DNA of 63,478 nt, filler included, from an uncultured Methanosarcinales archaeon (GTDB taxonomy: Archaea > Nanobdellota > Nanobdellia > Woesearchaeales > GW2011-AR9), in assembly GCA_964434885.1 (NCBI GenBank). It is 3 parts of 3 records of this genome, joined end to end, with 100 filler letters (N's around TTAATTAATTAA, not from the genome) between each part and the next. Parts side by side here need not be neighbours in the genome. Positions count along the whole stretch, not along the records: positions 13,713 to 40,589 come from CAYSWQ010000008.1; 2 more parts are not named here. The stretch is one strand, 5' to 3'. The notes under the pieces are model-generated. The model made no database searches, was not told where the DNA came from, and saw only the letters and a list, made by a program, of their open reading frames with translations. This document shows positions 19,854 through 28,886 of this stretch, piece after piece (within the stretch, counting starts at the first letter, position 1; each line of letters opens with the position of its first letter). A program made the position numbers and the translations under genes.

Positions 19854-21110
19854 TTACCATTTTTGTCTTCTTTTCATTATAAGATCAAAACCAATATTAA
19901 TCCAAACAATTCCCAATATGAAAAAATAAGCTAAAGTATAGAATACTAGTGGAAACAAACCTTGTTTCATTACTCTTTCTTGGGTATTGATGTGACTTCT
20001 TTTTAAAACATAAAGTGAAGCGATAATCATCATTACTGCTAGAACAATCATTACAAAATTAAGATCCAATATATTAAAGTTAGAAAACCATTCTTTGAAA
20101 TTGAATAACGCTAGTATGTCAAAATCAATTAAGTATAACTGATATAGTTTTTCGAAAACAGGTTTAAGTAAATAGTAAATAGAAGAAACCAAGATAATTA
20201 TTGTCATTGCTCCTGAAATCAAAGTAATTGGCATTTGCATCATACCAAAATCACCAAATTTTTTCTTGAAGATCATTTCTTTGTATTTTAAGGTGTTTAA
20301 GATTGAACCTTTATACCAGCGATTTCTTTGGTTTAGTAGTCCTTTAAAATTATCTGGAGGAACTGTATAAACATTAGTTTCCATAGTTTGAGTTATTTTG
20401 TAATTATATTTTTGTAATCTTAAAGCCATTTCTAGATCTTCAGTGAGATTGTCTTCATCAAAACCACCTATTTTTTCTAAGACACTTTTACGATAGACTG
20501 AAAAAGGACCGGGAGTAACTCGGATACAATCTAATTTAGCCATTAATTCTTTATAGAACATATTGACAATATATTCGTAACGTTGAATTTTTTGTAATAA
20601 ATTTTTTCCAGAAGTTGTTTTCATACAAGGTAAAACAACTGCATTTTCTCCATTTTCAAAATGAGGTATTATTTTTTGTAAGGCATTTTTTTGAGGATAA
20701 GAATCAGCATCTAAACAAACAAAAAATTCTCCACTGGATTTTTTTATTGCGTCGTTTAAAGCAGCACCTTTGCCAGCATTTTTTTTGTTTATGAGTGTAA
20801 TGTTAGATAAAGGGTGATTTTTTATTATTTCTTCAGTTTTTTCTTTAGTTTGGTCTTGACTACCGTCGTTGATAACAATTATTTCTAGTTTTTCTTTTGG
20901 ATAATCTAAATCTATTAGCGATTTTATGGTTTTTTGAATATGGGCTTCTTCGTTATAAGCTGGAACAGCAACGCTTACTTTAGGAAATTTTTTTAATTTT
21001 TTCACTCTTTTTTGATTTGGTTCAGTTAAAAAAGTAATTAACCAAAATACTACAAAGAAGAAAGATAAAAAGTATACTACAATTAATAAATAGTCTAATA
21101 ACACACCCAT
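19854..21110 (-). CDS. Processive GT2 glycosyltransferase (cellulose synthase/PgaC-like)
   Basis: VPAYNE, DGS, GKGAALN, DAD, TED, QRNRW (QxxRW); C-terminal TMs. Confidence 0.9.
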   Translation of the reverse strand: MGVLLDYLLIVVYFLSFFFVVFWLITFLTEPNQKRVKKLKKFPKVSVAVPAYNEEAHIQKTIKSLIDLDYPKEKLEIIVINDGSQDQTKEKTEEIIKNHPLSNITLINKKNAGKGAALNDAIKKSSGEFFVCLDADSYPQKNALQKIIPHFENGENAVVLPCMKTTSGKNLLQKIQRYEYIVNMFYKELMAKLDCIRVTPGPFSVYRKSVLEKIGGFDEDNLTEDLEMALRLQKYNYKITQTMETNVYTVPPDNFKGLLNQRNRWYKGSILNTLKYKEMIFKKKFGDFGMMQMPITLISGAMTIIILVSSIYYLLKPVFEKLYQLYLIDFDILALFNFKEWFSNFNILDLNFVMIVLAVMMIIASLYVLKRSHINTQERVMKQGLFPLVFYTLAYFFILGIVWINIGFDLIMKRRQKW

Positions 21111-21111
21111 T

Positions 21112-22464
21112 TTATTGGAATTCCCAAATTTCTATATTGTTGCGAGTGTAAATTTTTTTAAATCTTTCGTTTTGGAATAAGAAAAGTAATCCCCCTTCAG
21201 TTGATAATTCGGCTCTAGTTTTGGGAGAAATATAAATGTGAGAAATATCGTTGTATTTGAATAAAGGAAAAGTATCTTCAATATATGTTGAATTCAATGC
21301 TTTTTTAACAATCTTTTCTCTATCTTTAAAATCAGAATCATGATAATGAATAAAAGCAGGTCTGTCAGAATAGTATTCTATTAAATAACTATCTTGGGGG
21401 TGAGAAAAGATTAATTTATATTGGGGGGTTTCATTTTGCATATGTTGGAGGCTATCTTTGATTGGGATGTTTGGATTTAATTGAGATAATGTATCTATAC
21501 TAGATAAAGTTGAAAAAACAATTCCTAATAATAAAAGGAAGATGGTTAAGTTTTTGATAATTTTTATTTTCCATTCTCTAATCAGTAAAAAATTTATTCC
21601 TAGTGCAGCTAGAGAAACTATAAAAAAATTGAGATAAATAATAAGTGAGGTGCGGTAGATACTTAATAAAGCAAGAAAACCTAAAAAAAAATAATTTATA
21701 AAAAATTTTTCTCTTTTCCAAGTGGCTGAAATTCCAATAGTAGCTAACAATAATAAAAAGAGGCTTATTCCAAATAATCCACCTAAATCTGAAAATAAAT
21801 CAATAATTACATTTTGTGGGTGATAAGGTCCTAGGAGAAATGGTTTTTGATAATTAAAAATGGTTGAGATAAAGGTAATTATTATTGATATCTTTATGAT
21901 GGATTCTCTTTTTAGATAAAAATAAGCAATTAACAATAATAAAGTAAGAAAAGAACTAAATAAATCAAAAAAAGGAATTATCAAGAAGATTGGCCAAGAC
22001 AAATAATTTATTATTTTGTTTTTGTTTAAGAGAAAATTAAATCCAAGGAGTATTAAAAAGATTATTAATGAAAAGTGAGTTAGAATTGTAAAAGTGTAAA
22101 TAAATGCTGGAGAGAGGATTAAGAATAATAAGAGAAAGAATTGGTTTTTTTTGGCTAATCCTAATTTATTTAAGTTATTTATTAGCAAAAAAATAGTTAA
22201 AATTCCCAAGATGAATGGAAGTAATTTGTAGATTATTAAATGATGAGTAAAATTAAGACTGAGAAATGAAAGATAAGGATTAGAATAAAGGAGAGGTGTT
22301 TCAATATTTTTTATTACATTGAGATAATAATAAGAAGGGGTTCCAATAATAGTGAGGTTGTTGGTTGTCCATCGAAGAAAGTTTGGCAATATTAAAATTA
22401 GTATTGATAAAACTATTAAATATATTTTTTGATGTTTGATAAAGTGTTTTAATATTGGATGCAT
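21112..22464 (-). CDS. Polytopic membrane protein, probable GT-C fold glycosyltransferase-like
   Basis: About 11 TMs plus a soluble C-terminus resembling that of 26095-27564; lies in the glycosylation cluster. Confidence 0.55.
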   Translation of the reverse strand: MHPILKHFIKHQKIYLIVLSILILILPNFLRWTTNNLTIIGTPSYYYLNVIKNIETPLLYSNPYLSFLSLNFTHHLIIYKLLPFILGILTIFLLINNLNKLGLAKKNQFFLLLFLILSPAFIYTFTILTHFSLIIFLILLGFNFLLNKNKIINYLSWPIFLIIPFFDLFSSFLTLLLLIAYFYLKRESIIKISIIITFISTIFNYQKPFLLGPYHPQNVIIDLFSDLGGLFGISLFLLLLATIGISATWKREKFFINYFFLGFLALLSIYRTSLIIYLNFFIVSLAALGINFLLIREWKIKIIKNLTIFLLLLGIVFSTLSSIDTLSQLNPNIPIKDSLQHMQNETPQYKLIFSHPQDSYLIEYYSDRPAFIHYHDSDFKDREKIVKKALNSTYIEDTFPLFKYNDISHIYISPKTRAELSTEGGLLFLFQNERFKKIYTRNNIEIWEFQ

Positions 22465-22532
22465 GATTATAGAAAAGATTAAGTGTTTATATTATTTTCT
22501 TTAAACTAAAGTAATTGAATTTAATTTTTTTG

Positions 22533-22617
22533 AAAATAAAAACACTACGCACGGCCCAGGTATTTTTTGGAAAAAACCCAAAAAATGGGCCTCCTTTGGC
22601 GGCAGTGTTTTTATTTT
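22533..22617. repeat. Structured intergenic element, copy 2
   Basis: Perfect 14-bp outer stem AAAATAAAAACACT/AGTGTTTTTATTTT, inner stem ATTTTTTGG/CCAAAAAAT, core GCACGGCCCAGG...GGGCCTCCTTTGGC. Confidence 0.8.
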
Positions 22618-22754
22618 AAGAAAAGAAGTTGTTTTTTTTAGACATAGAATATAGTTCTATAAAAAAGAAACATTTAAAAGGAAGTTCTGTTTACTTTAGG
22701 ATATTAGTTTGAGTGAGAGTAATATTAAAATTAAAAAATTAGAGGTGTGTGTAA

Positions 22755-24581
22755 ATGAAAAAAGTAAGTTTGATGATAGTTTTTATGTTAGTTATGTCTT
22801 TGTTTGTTAGTTCTGCTTTGGGAGCTCGTTACCCAACTGTTGGTACTGATAATAATACTTGGGGCACAATATTGAATGATTATTTGGGAACGTTGGCAGG
22901 AGATAATGCTACTCAATTGAATGGAACTATGGTTAATGGGACCAATATTTATAATGGGGTGATTAATTCTAGTCATTTAAATGCTGCTATTCAATTGAAT
23001 ACAACTGATAATTTAACAGTTTCTGGTGGCGCAGTTTTATTAGGATCGGGGGCAATGCCAACTGGTTCTTATGGTGTAGCAATGGGAGTTGATACAACTG
23101 TTAGTGGTTCTAATTCTGTGGCAATGGGAATAAATTCAATTGCTAGTGGGGCCCAATCTGTAGCCATGAACAATGGATGTGTGGCTTCGGGAGTTTCATC
23201 TGTCTGTATAGGGCAAAATACTAATGCTAGTGGATTAGCATCTATAACATTTGGGGAAAGTACAGTTGCGGAAAATTCATATGCTTTTGCATCTGGTTTG
23301 AATTCAAATGCAAGTGGAATAGGAACAGCAGTTTTTGGAAATGCAGTTAATGCTAGTGGTACAGGTGCGTTTGCAACTGGACAAGAAAGTCTAGCTAGTG
23401 GGACTTCAGCAGTAGCTATGGGTTCTTCAGCTACAGCAAGTGGTTCTGAAGCATTTGCTGTAGGAAATGGTGTTACTGCAAGTGGAGTGAATTCAATCGC
23501 AATGGGATTTGGATCTGTGGCTGAGAACCAAGAATCAGTAGCTATTGGAGGAAATGTTAATTCTAGTGGACAAGGATCAGTAGCAATGGGGCCAAATAGT
23601 AATGCTACAGGGGATTTTTCAGTTGCCATAGGAGATTCTAATAAAGCTAATAATTCTGCATCGGTTGCTATGGGTTCAAATTCATTGGCAGGAGGACAAC
23701 AGTCTTTTGCAGTTGGTTCTTATGCAAATGCAACTGGAGATAGGGCAGTGGCATTAGGAGACGGAGTGCTTGCTTCTGGAAATGGAGCAGTAGCTATGGG
23801 AACCAATACAGTTGCAAGTCAAGCATCTGCATTTGCTGTGGGTACTTCTGGAACTGCTACAGCCTCCAATGCAGTGGCAATGGGTTCTAGTACAATTGCG
23901 AATGCAGCTAATTCATTTGCTATTGGAGATTCAACAACAGCTAGTCAGAGCCAAGCAGTAGCTATGGGACTTTCAAGTGAAGCTAGTGGGGCTAATTCAT
24001 TGGCAGTGGGAGATACAGCAGCAGCTAGTGCTAATCAAGCAGTAGCAATGGGGTTTCAAACTACTGCATCAGGACTTAATTCTTTTGCTATGGGGGGAGA
24101 AACTGTTGCTAGTGGAGAGAATTCAACTGCTTTTGGTTGGCAAGCGAATGCAAGTGGAGATAACTCGTTTGCATTAGGGGAACAAGCTTTAGCCTCTGAA
24201 TTATTAGGTTTTGCTTGGGGATATAATGTTAATGCTACAGGAGAGCAATCTATGGCATTAGGAGATGGTATTCAAGTATCTGGAACTATGTCGATTGGAA
24301 TTAATTTAGATACCGATACTCTGGCAACTACTTTTTCGCAGGATAACACCATGGCAATAATGGGTGGTCCTTTGGGTGTCAATACAACTTCACCTAACCG
24401 AAATGTGGCAATCCATATAAATAATACTTTGCAGTTAGAACCAGTTAGTGGTGATACTCCACCTTGTACACCAACTGATAGGGGAGCAATATTTTATGAC
24501 GGGGATGCAGGCATAGATATGTTATGTATATGTGTTGGTTCTGGTTGGGTACGTGTGAATGATTCAGTAGCTTGTAGTTAG
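22755..24581 (+). CDS. Secreted adhesin-like protein with YadA-head (Hep_Hag)-type 14-aa repeats
   Basis: Signal peptide; about 30 repeats of ASGxxSxA(M/I)Gxxxx; many NxS/T sequons; GAGGTG SD. Confidence 0.85.
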   Translation: MKKVSLMIVFMLVMSLFVSSALGARYPTVGTDNNTWGTILNDYLGTLAGDNATQLNGTMVNGTNIYNGVINSSHLNAAIQLNTTDNLTVSGGAVLLGSGAMPTGSYGVAMGVDTTVSGSNSVAMGINSIASGAQSVAMNNGCVASGVSSVCIGQNTNASGLASITFGESTVAENSYAFASGLNSNASGIGTAVFGNAVNASGTGAFATGQESLASGTSAVAMGSSATASGSEAFAVGNGVTASGVNSIAMGFGSVAENQESVAIGGNVNSSGQGSVAMGPNSNATGDFSVAIGDSNKANNSASVAMGSNSLAGGQQSFAVGSYANATGDRAVALGDGVLASGNGAVAMGTNTVASQASAFAVGTSGTATASNAVAMGSSTIANAANSFAIGDSTTASQSQAVAMGLSSEASGANSLAVGDTAAASANQAVAMGFQTTASGLNSFAMGGETVASGENSTAFGWQANASGDNSFALGEQALASELLGFAWGYNVNATGEQSMALGDGIQVSGTMSIGINLDTDTLATTFSQDNTMAIMGGPLGVNTTSPNRNVAIHINNTLQLEPVSGDTPPCTPTDRGAIFYDGDAGIDMLCICVGSGWVRVNDSVACS

Positions 24582-24586
24582 ATAAA

Positions 24587-25849
24587 ATGAGAAACAAAAC
24601 AATTTGGTTAGGATTTTTTGTTTTATTATTTATTCCTTTTGCATTTGCTGGAACGTATGGTAATGAGACATATGGTAATGAGACATATGGTAATACTTCT
24701 AGTGCGGGGGCAGCAGCGGCAGCAGTGACTTTTTCAAGTAATCCAGCAGTAGCTAGTACTGGATCTACATCGGTTTCGATAAGTGCAACTACTAGTGTTG
24801 CTGCAACATGTAAATATGCAAGTGGTAATATTGGCTATAATAGTATGACTAGTTTAACAAACACTGGAGGAACTAGTCATTCTGGAACTATTAGTAATTT
24901 AGTAGCTGGAACAGGATACACTTATTATGTTACTTGTCGTGATGGAAATAGTAATGATGTAACTAAAACTGTTGATTTTACAACTACTTCAACTAGTAGT
25001 GGAGGAAGTTCAGGTGGAGGAAGTTCAGGTGGAACTGCTTCAGCTGCAGTTATTGGACAATCTGCTAAAGAATTGTGGGCAGTAGTGAAAGAAGGAGAAA
25101 AAGCTACATTAAAAATAGATAATGGTGAAATTGGAATTTCTGAAGTAAGTGTTGTAGCAAATGAAGACGTTTATGGTGTGTGGTTGGAAGTGGAAAAAGT
25201 AGATGAATTGCCATCAGAAGTAAGTGTTTTTTCAGGTAAAACTTACAAAAATATGAAAATAACTGGCGGAAATACTGAAAAAGTTATCAATCCAGATAGT
25301 CCAGCTAAAGTAAAGTTTAATGTGAAGAAATCTTGGTTAACTGAAAATAATGTGGTTAAGAACAATGTGGCATTATTTCGTTTCTTTGATGGAAAATGGA
25401 TGGAATTAGTTACAACAATGGATAAAGATGATGGTAATTATGTATATTATACGGCTTTAACTCCTGGTTTGAGTTATTTTTCTATTGGTGAAAAAACAGG
25501 AAAATATGTGGTAGAAAAAGTAACTATTCCTAAAACTGAAACTGAAGATATTAAAGAGGCAGTGCCTGCATCAGCAACTGGAAAAGCTATAGAACAAAAA
25601 CCAGTTGCAACTGAAACTAAGTTTAATGTTTTGTGGATAGTACCTTTGGTTGTGTTAGTGTTAGTAGTGGTTTTTATTTTATTGATGGTGCAGAGGAGAA
25701 AGAGACATTTGAAGAAAAAAACTAACAATGTTGTTAGAGTAGTGAGCAGTAGGAAAGCTGTTAAAAGTAGAAAGGCTAAGAAACAAAAAGCGAAGCAAAG
25801 AGTCAAAGAAGTAAGAAAAAGATCACACAAGAAAAGTAAAAAGAAATAA
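24587..25849 (+). CDS. PGF-pre-PGF domain surface protein with C-terminal TM and long basic tail
   Basis: Signal peptide, fn3-like region, SGGGSSGG linker, FNVKKSWL...YTALTPGLSYFSI, TM, K/R-rich tail. Confidence 0.8.
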   Translation: MRNKTIWLGFFVLLFIPFAFAGTYGNETYGNETYGNTSSAGAAAAAVTFSSNPAVASTGSTSVSISATTSVAATCKYASGNIGYNSMTSLTNTGGTSHSGTISNLVAGTGYTYYVTCRDGNSNDVTKTVDFTTTSTSSGGSSGGGSSGGTASAAVIGQSAKELWAVVKEGEKATLKIDNGEIGISEVSVVANEDVYGVWLEVEKVDELPSEVSVFSGKTYKNMKITGGNTEKVINPDSPAKVKFNVKKSWLTENNVVKNNVALFRFFDGKWMELVTTMDKDDGNYVYYTALTPGLSYFSIGEKTGKYVVEKVTIPKTETEDIKEAVPASATGKAIEQKPVATETKFNVLWIVPLVVLVLVVVFILLMVQRRKRHLKKKTNNVVRVVSSRKAVKSRKAKKQKAKQRVKEVRKRSHKKSKKK

Positions 25850-25920
25850 TTTTTATTTTTTTCTTTAATTTTTATTTGATGGGAATAATATTTTGTAACA
25901 TTTTTATTTAAATGATTAGT

Positions 25921-26094
25921 AATTTTAGGCTCCGTAGAAATGTTAAAATTAAAGCATCGGACTACGCTCTTTGGATGTATTTTTCAAATCCGGCGCTTCC
26001 TTGGTTGGGACAACCCCTTCCAGAGACAATGTTATTTTCAAAGTACTTCTTCGTGAATTGATGCTTTAAAAAGAAATTCTACAGAGCCGTAATT
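25921..26094. other. Long intergenic multi-stem hairpin element (ncRNA or MITE-like)
   Basis: GGCTCCGTAGAA/TTCTACAGAGCC, TTAAAGCATC/GATGCTTTAA and internal GGTTG-GGA-CAACC; GC-rich relative to flanks. Confidence 0.65.
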
Positions 26095-27564
26095 TTATTT
26101 TATTTTGCATTTTGGTTGATATATTTTTACGGTTTTGTCATAAATAAGTTCAAAACATCTTTTATCAGTATAAAGAAGTTTTTTAATTTGATGTTCTTTT
26201 TTAGATTGAGGAGAAAAGAAGACGTAATCAATATTATATTTATCAATTAAACTTAATGCCTGGGTTTGATAAGGAGTAGTAAATAAAAAACTAAGATCTG
26301 CGAATTTAGTTTCACTATTTTTGATTAAAAAAAATTGGTCATCCATGATATTTTTTCTTTGCGAAAGATAATTTAGTAAATGTCCTTCTTTTAAAGTAAC
26401 TAAGATGGTTGAACTAGGAGAAGTGGTTTTTTTGACCCATTTGAAGGCATCTATTTCTTCTTGAGTTGGGGTTTGTTGATCTTGAGCAAAACTAATGGCT
26501 GGATAAACAGAAGTAACCAGCAGCAAGATAATAATAAAAGCAAGAGAAATATTTTTGTATTTTGTTACTTTGGTTTTCTTAAAAAACTTGATGAAAGATA
26601 AATATGCTTGTGAGAATAAGATGGCCAGAATTAAACCTAAAAACATTAAAGCAATTTTATATTCAACTAAGTTAAGTATGAATAATAATATGGTGGAAAT
26701 AGCTAAACTAAATAATAGAAAGATATTTTTGTTTTTTTCTTTAAACAATGATTTGTAGATAATATAAATTCCAGTGATTAAAGGTATAATCCCAATTAAA
26801 ACTAAAGATTGAATTATTGAAGTTTTTGGAAAATATTGAGAGATTATTTGTGTTGGGATATTTTGCCAAATAAAATAAGGCCCTTCATTTAGTAAAAAAT
26901 TTTTAAAAAATAGAAATTGGATCCAAATAAACAAGAACAGAGAGAATAAAGTTAATTCTAATTCTGCTTTGAGAATTTTTTTATTTTCAATGCTGGAAAG
27001 TAAAAGATATAGTAATAATCCAACAATTAATAAAAAAGTAGAAGGGGTGATCAATGAGAGAATTAAGATACAAGCCAAGTAAACATAATTGTAGGCTTTT
27101 TTATTTAATTTCATTAACGAATATATTGCTAATAATGTGATTGGTAAGAATAGTTGGTAAGGGGTAATTGAATTAGTTTGCCAAAGAATTGGTAAAAAAG
27201 CAGTAATAAATGCAGAATATAATGCCGGTTTTTCTTTTTGTGTTATTTTTTTTGCAATTAAATAAACCAAAAAAATAAGAGAGACTACCAATAAGTTAGT
27301 TAAAATTTTGGCTAATGCTTCCAAAGGTAGTATTAAATCAAAAAAACCCAAGAAATAATGAAAAGCAGGTAAAAAAAATAAAATTCTACCTCCATAACTT
27401 AACGGGTCAGTGTACATAGGTATTCCTTTTTGTGAAATGTGATCAATATGTTTTAGATGGAAATAAGATTCGTAAGTAAAATTAGGAATATCAAATGTAA
27501 AGTACAACCTGGTTCCTAAAGTTATTAATAAAATTATGATTAAAAACCAATGTTCTTTTTTCAT
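26095..27564 (-). CDS. Polytopic membrane protein, probable GT-C fold glycosyltransferase (ArnT/STT3-like topology)
   Basis: ESYFH...DPLSYGGR...PAFHY first loop, many TMs, AFKWVK...YNIDYVF C-terminal domain. Confidence 0.65.
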   Translation of the reverse strand: MKKEHWFLIIILLITLGTRLYFTFDIPNFTYESYFHLKHIDHISQKGIPMYTDPLSYGGRILFFLPAFHYFLGFFDLILPLEALAKILTNLLVVSLIFLVYLIAKKITQKEKPALYSAFITAFLPILWQTNSITPYQLFLPITLLAIYSLMKLNKKAYNYVYLACILILSLITPSTFLLIVGLLLYLLLSSIENKKILKAELELTLFSLFLFIWIQFLFFKNFLLNEGPYFIWQNIPTQIISQYFPKTSIIQSLVLIGIIPLITGIYIIYKSLFKEKNKNIFLLFSLAISTILLFILNLVEYKIALMFLGLILAILFSQAYLSFIKFFKKTKVTKYKNISLAFIIILLLVTSVYPAISFAQDQQTPTQEEIDAFKWVKKTTSPSSTILVTLKEGHLLNYLSQRKNIMDDQFFLIKNSETKFADLSFLFTTPYQTQALSLIDKYNIDYVFFSPQSKKEHQIKKLLYTDKRCFELIYDKTVKIYQPKCKIK

Positions 27565-27682
27565 AGAATTGTTATTTTATTATGGTTTATAAAATCTGCG
27601 AAAATATAGTGGGTAATTATCTTAGGGGTTGATTATTCTAGAAACTATAAAAATTTATATAATTATTAATTTTGAGAAATTT

Positions 27683-28372
27683 ATGGAAAAAGAAAATACA
27701 AAGATTTCTACAGGGATTGATTTTTTAGATGAATTGTTAGAAGGAGGATATGATCGAGATATTGTTACCACTATTTTTGGCCCTTCTGGGGCAGGTAAAA
27801 CAAATCTTTGTTTGTTGGCGATGGTAAGAATGGCTGGAACAGGAAAAAAAATTATTTTTATTGATACAGAAGGAGGAATTGCTGTAGAAAGAGTTAAACA
27901 AATTACTAAACATTATGAAGAAGTTTTGAAAAGAGTGGTTTTCTTTAGACCAGTTAATTTTCAAGAACAAGATGAGATATTTGAAAGTATGAAAGATTTA
28001 ATTAATGAAAAGATTGGTTTAATTGTAATAGATAGTATCGCTATGTTGTATCGATTAGAATTAGGTAAGAAAGAAGACGTTTATGAAGTTAATAGTACTT
28101 TAGCTAGGCAGATTAGTTATTTAACTGGGATTGCACGTCGTCGGAAAATTCCTGTTTTAATAACAAATCAAGTATATGCTGATTTTGATAATAAATGTAA
28201 TGTTAAAATGGTTGGAGGAGATTTATTAAAATATGGATCTAAGTGTTTGATTGAATTGGATAAATTATCTAGTTGTTCGGGGTTGGTGTTGAGAAAACAC
28301 CGTAGTTTGCCAGAAGGTTTGAATCTAAGGTTTAGAATTGTGGATAAAGGGTTAGAGTTGGTTGAAGTTTAG
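27683..28372 (+). CDS. radB: DNA repair and recombination protein RadB
   Basis: ISTG..LDELLEGG, GPSGAGKT, IDTEGG, ITNQV, LRKHR motif. Confidence 0.93.
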   Translation: MEKENTKISTGIDFLDELLEGGYDRDIVTTIFGPSGAGKTNLCLLAMVRMAGTGKKIIFIDTEGGIAVERVKQITKHYEEVLKRVVFFRPVNFQEQDEIFESMKDLINEKIGLIVIDSIAMLYRLELGKKEDVYEVNSTLARQISYLTGIARRRKIPVLITNQVYADFDNKCNVKMVGGDLLKYGSKCLIELDKLSSCSGLVLRKHRSLPEGLNLRFRIVDKGLELVEV

Positions 28373-28431
28373 TACCACTTAGTAGTTATTAATAAAAAGA
28401 TTTATAAAGTGAGAGGTTATTTTTAATTAAA

Positions 28432-28803
28432 ATGAGTATGCGCGAAGAATATGAATGGGCGAAATCAGAATCTGATGATGCTATGATGAATTTTGTAGAT
28501 GGAAGTCCAAGAAGTTTGTTGTCTTCTATTTTTTATGGTTGCTTTGAGAAAGCAAGTGAACCAGTTACAGAAACCTGGAAAGAAGCCAAAAGAAATTTTG
28601 TTAAAACTTATGATTCTGGTTTAGAAGATACTTTGATGAGTAAAGCTGGCCAATCTATTAAAGGAACTGGTGCAGCTAGTAAAAGTTTGTTAGTTACTCT
28701 TGGAATGCAAACTATACTTTTGCCTTTGACTGCTCTTTTAAGAGGAGAACAAGCGTATGAAGCTTGTAGGGATATTAAAGATAAGTATTTGCATCGGGAT
28801 TGA
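28432..28803 (+). CDS. Hypothetical protein
   Basis: 123-aa ORF with TTTATAAA about 24 nt upstream. Confidence 0.7.
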   Translation: MSMREEYEWAKSESDDAMMNFVDGSPRSLLSSIFYGCFEKASEPVTETWKEAKRNFVKTYDSGLEDTLMSKAGQSIKGTGAASKSLLVTLGMQTILLPLTALLRGEQAYEACRDIKDKYLHRD

Positions 28804-28886
28804 TTTCTAATTTATTTTTAATTGTTTGATTTTTTTGAGTGTAAAAGAAAAGTTAATAAACCAAGAAAATATACGGGGTAATTAGA

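Noticed and set aside
23069..23629. 186-aa antisense ORF, and the many other short ORFs nested in long genes
   Set aside because: Shadow frames of well-supported genes on the opposite strand or another frame, with no motifs.
24656..24695. Short tandem repeat TATGGTAATGAGACA in the PGF-pre-PGF gene
   Set aside because: A small in-frame coding duplication (YGNET) with no further structure.
25921..26094. Hairpin as SRP RNA or RNase P RNA
   Set aside because: Too short, and I could not find the SRP helix-8 or RNase P P4 consensus on either strand; retained only as an unknown structured element.
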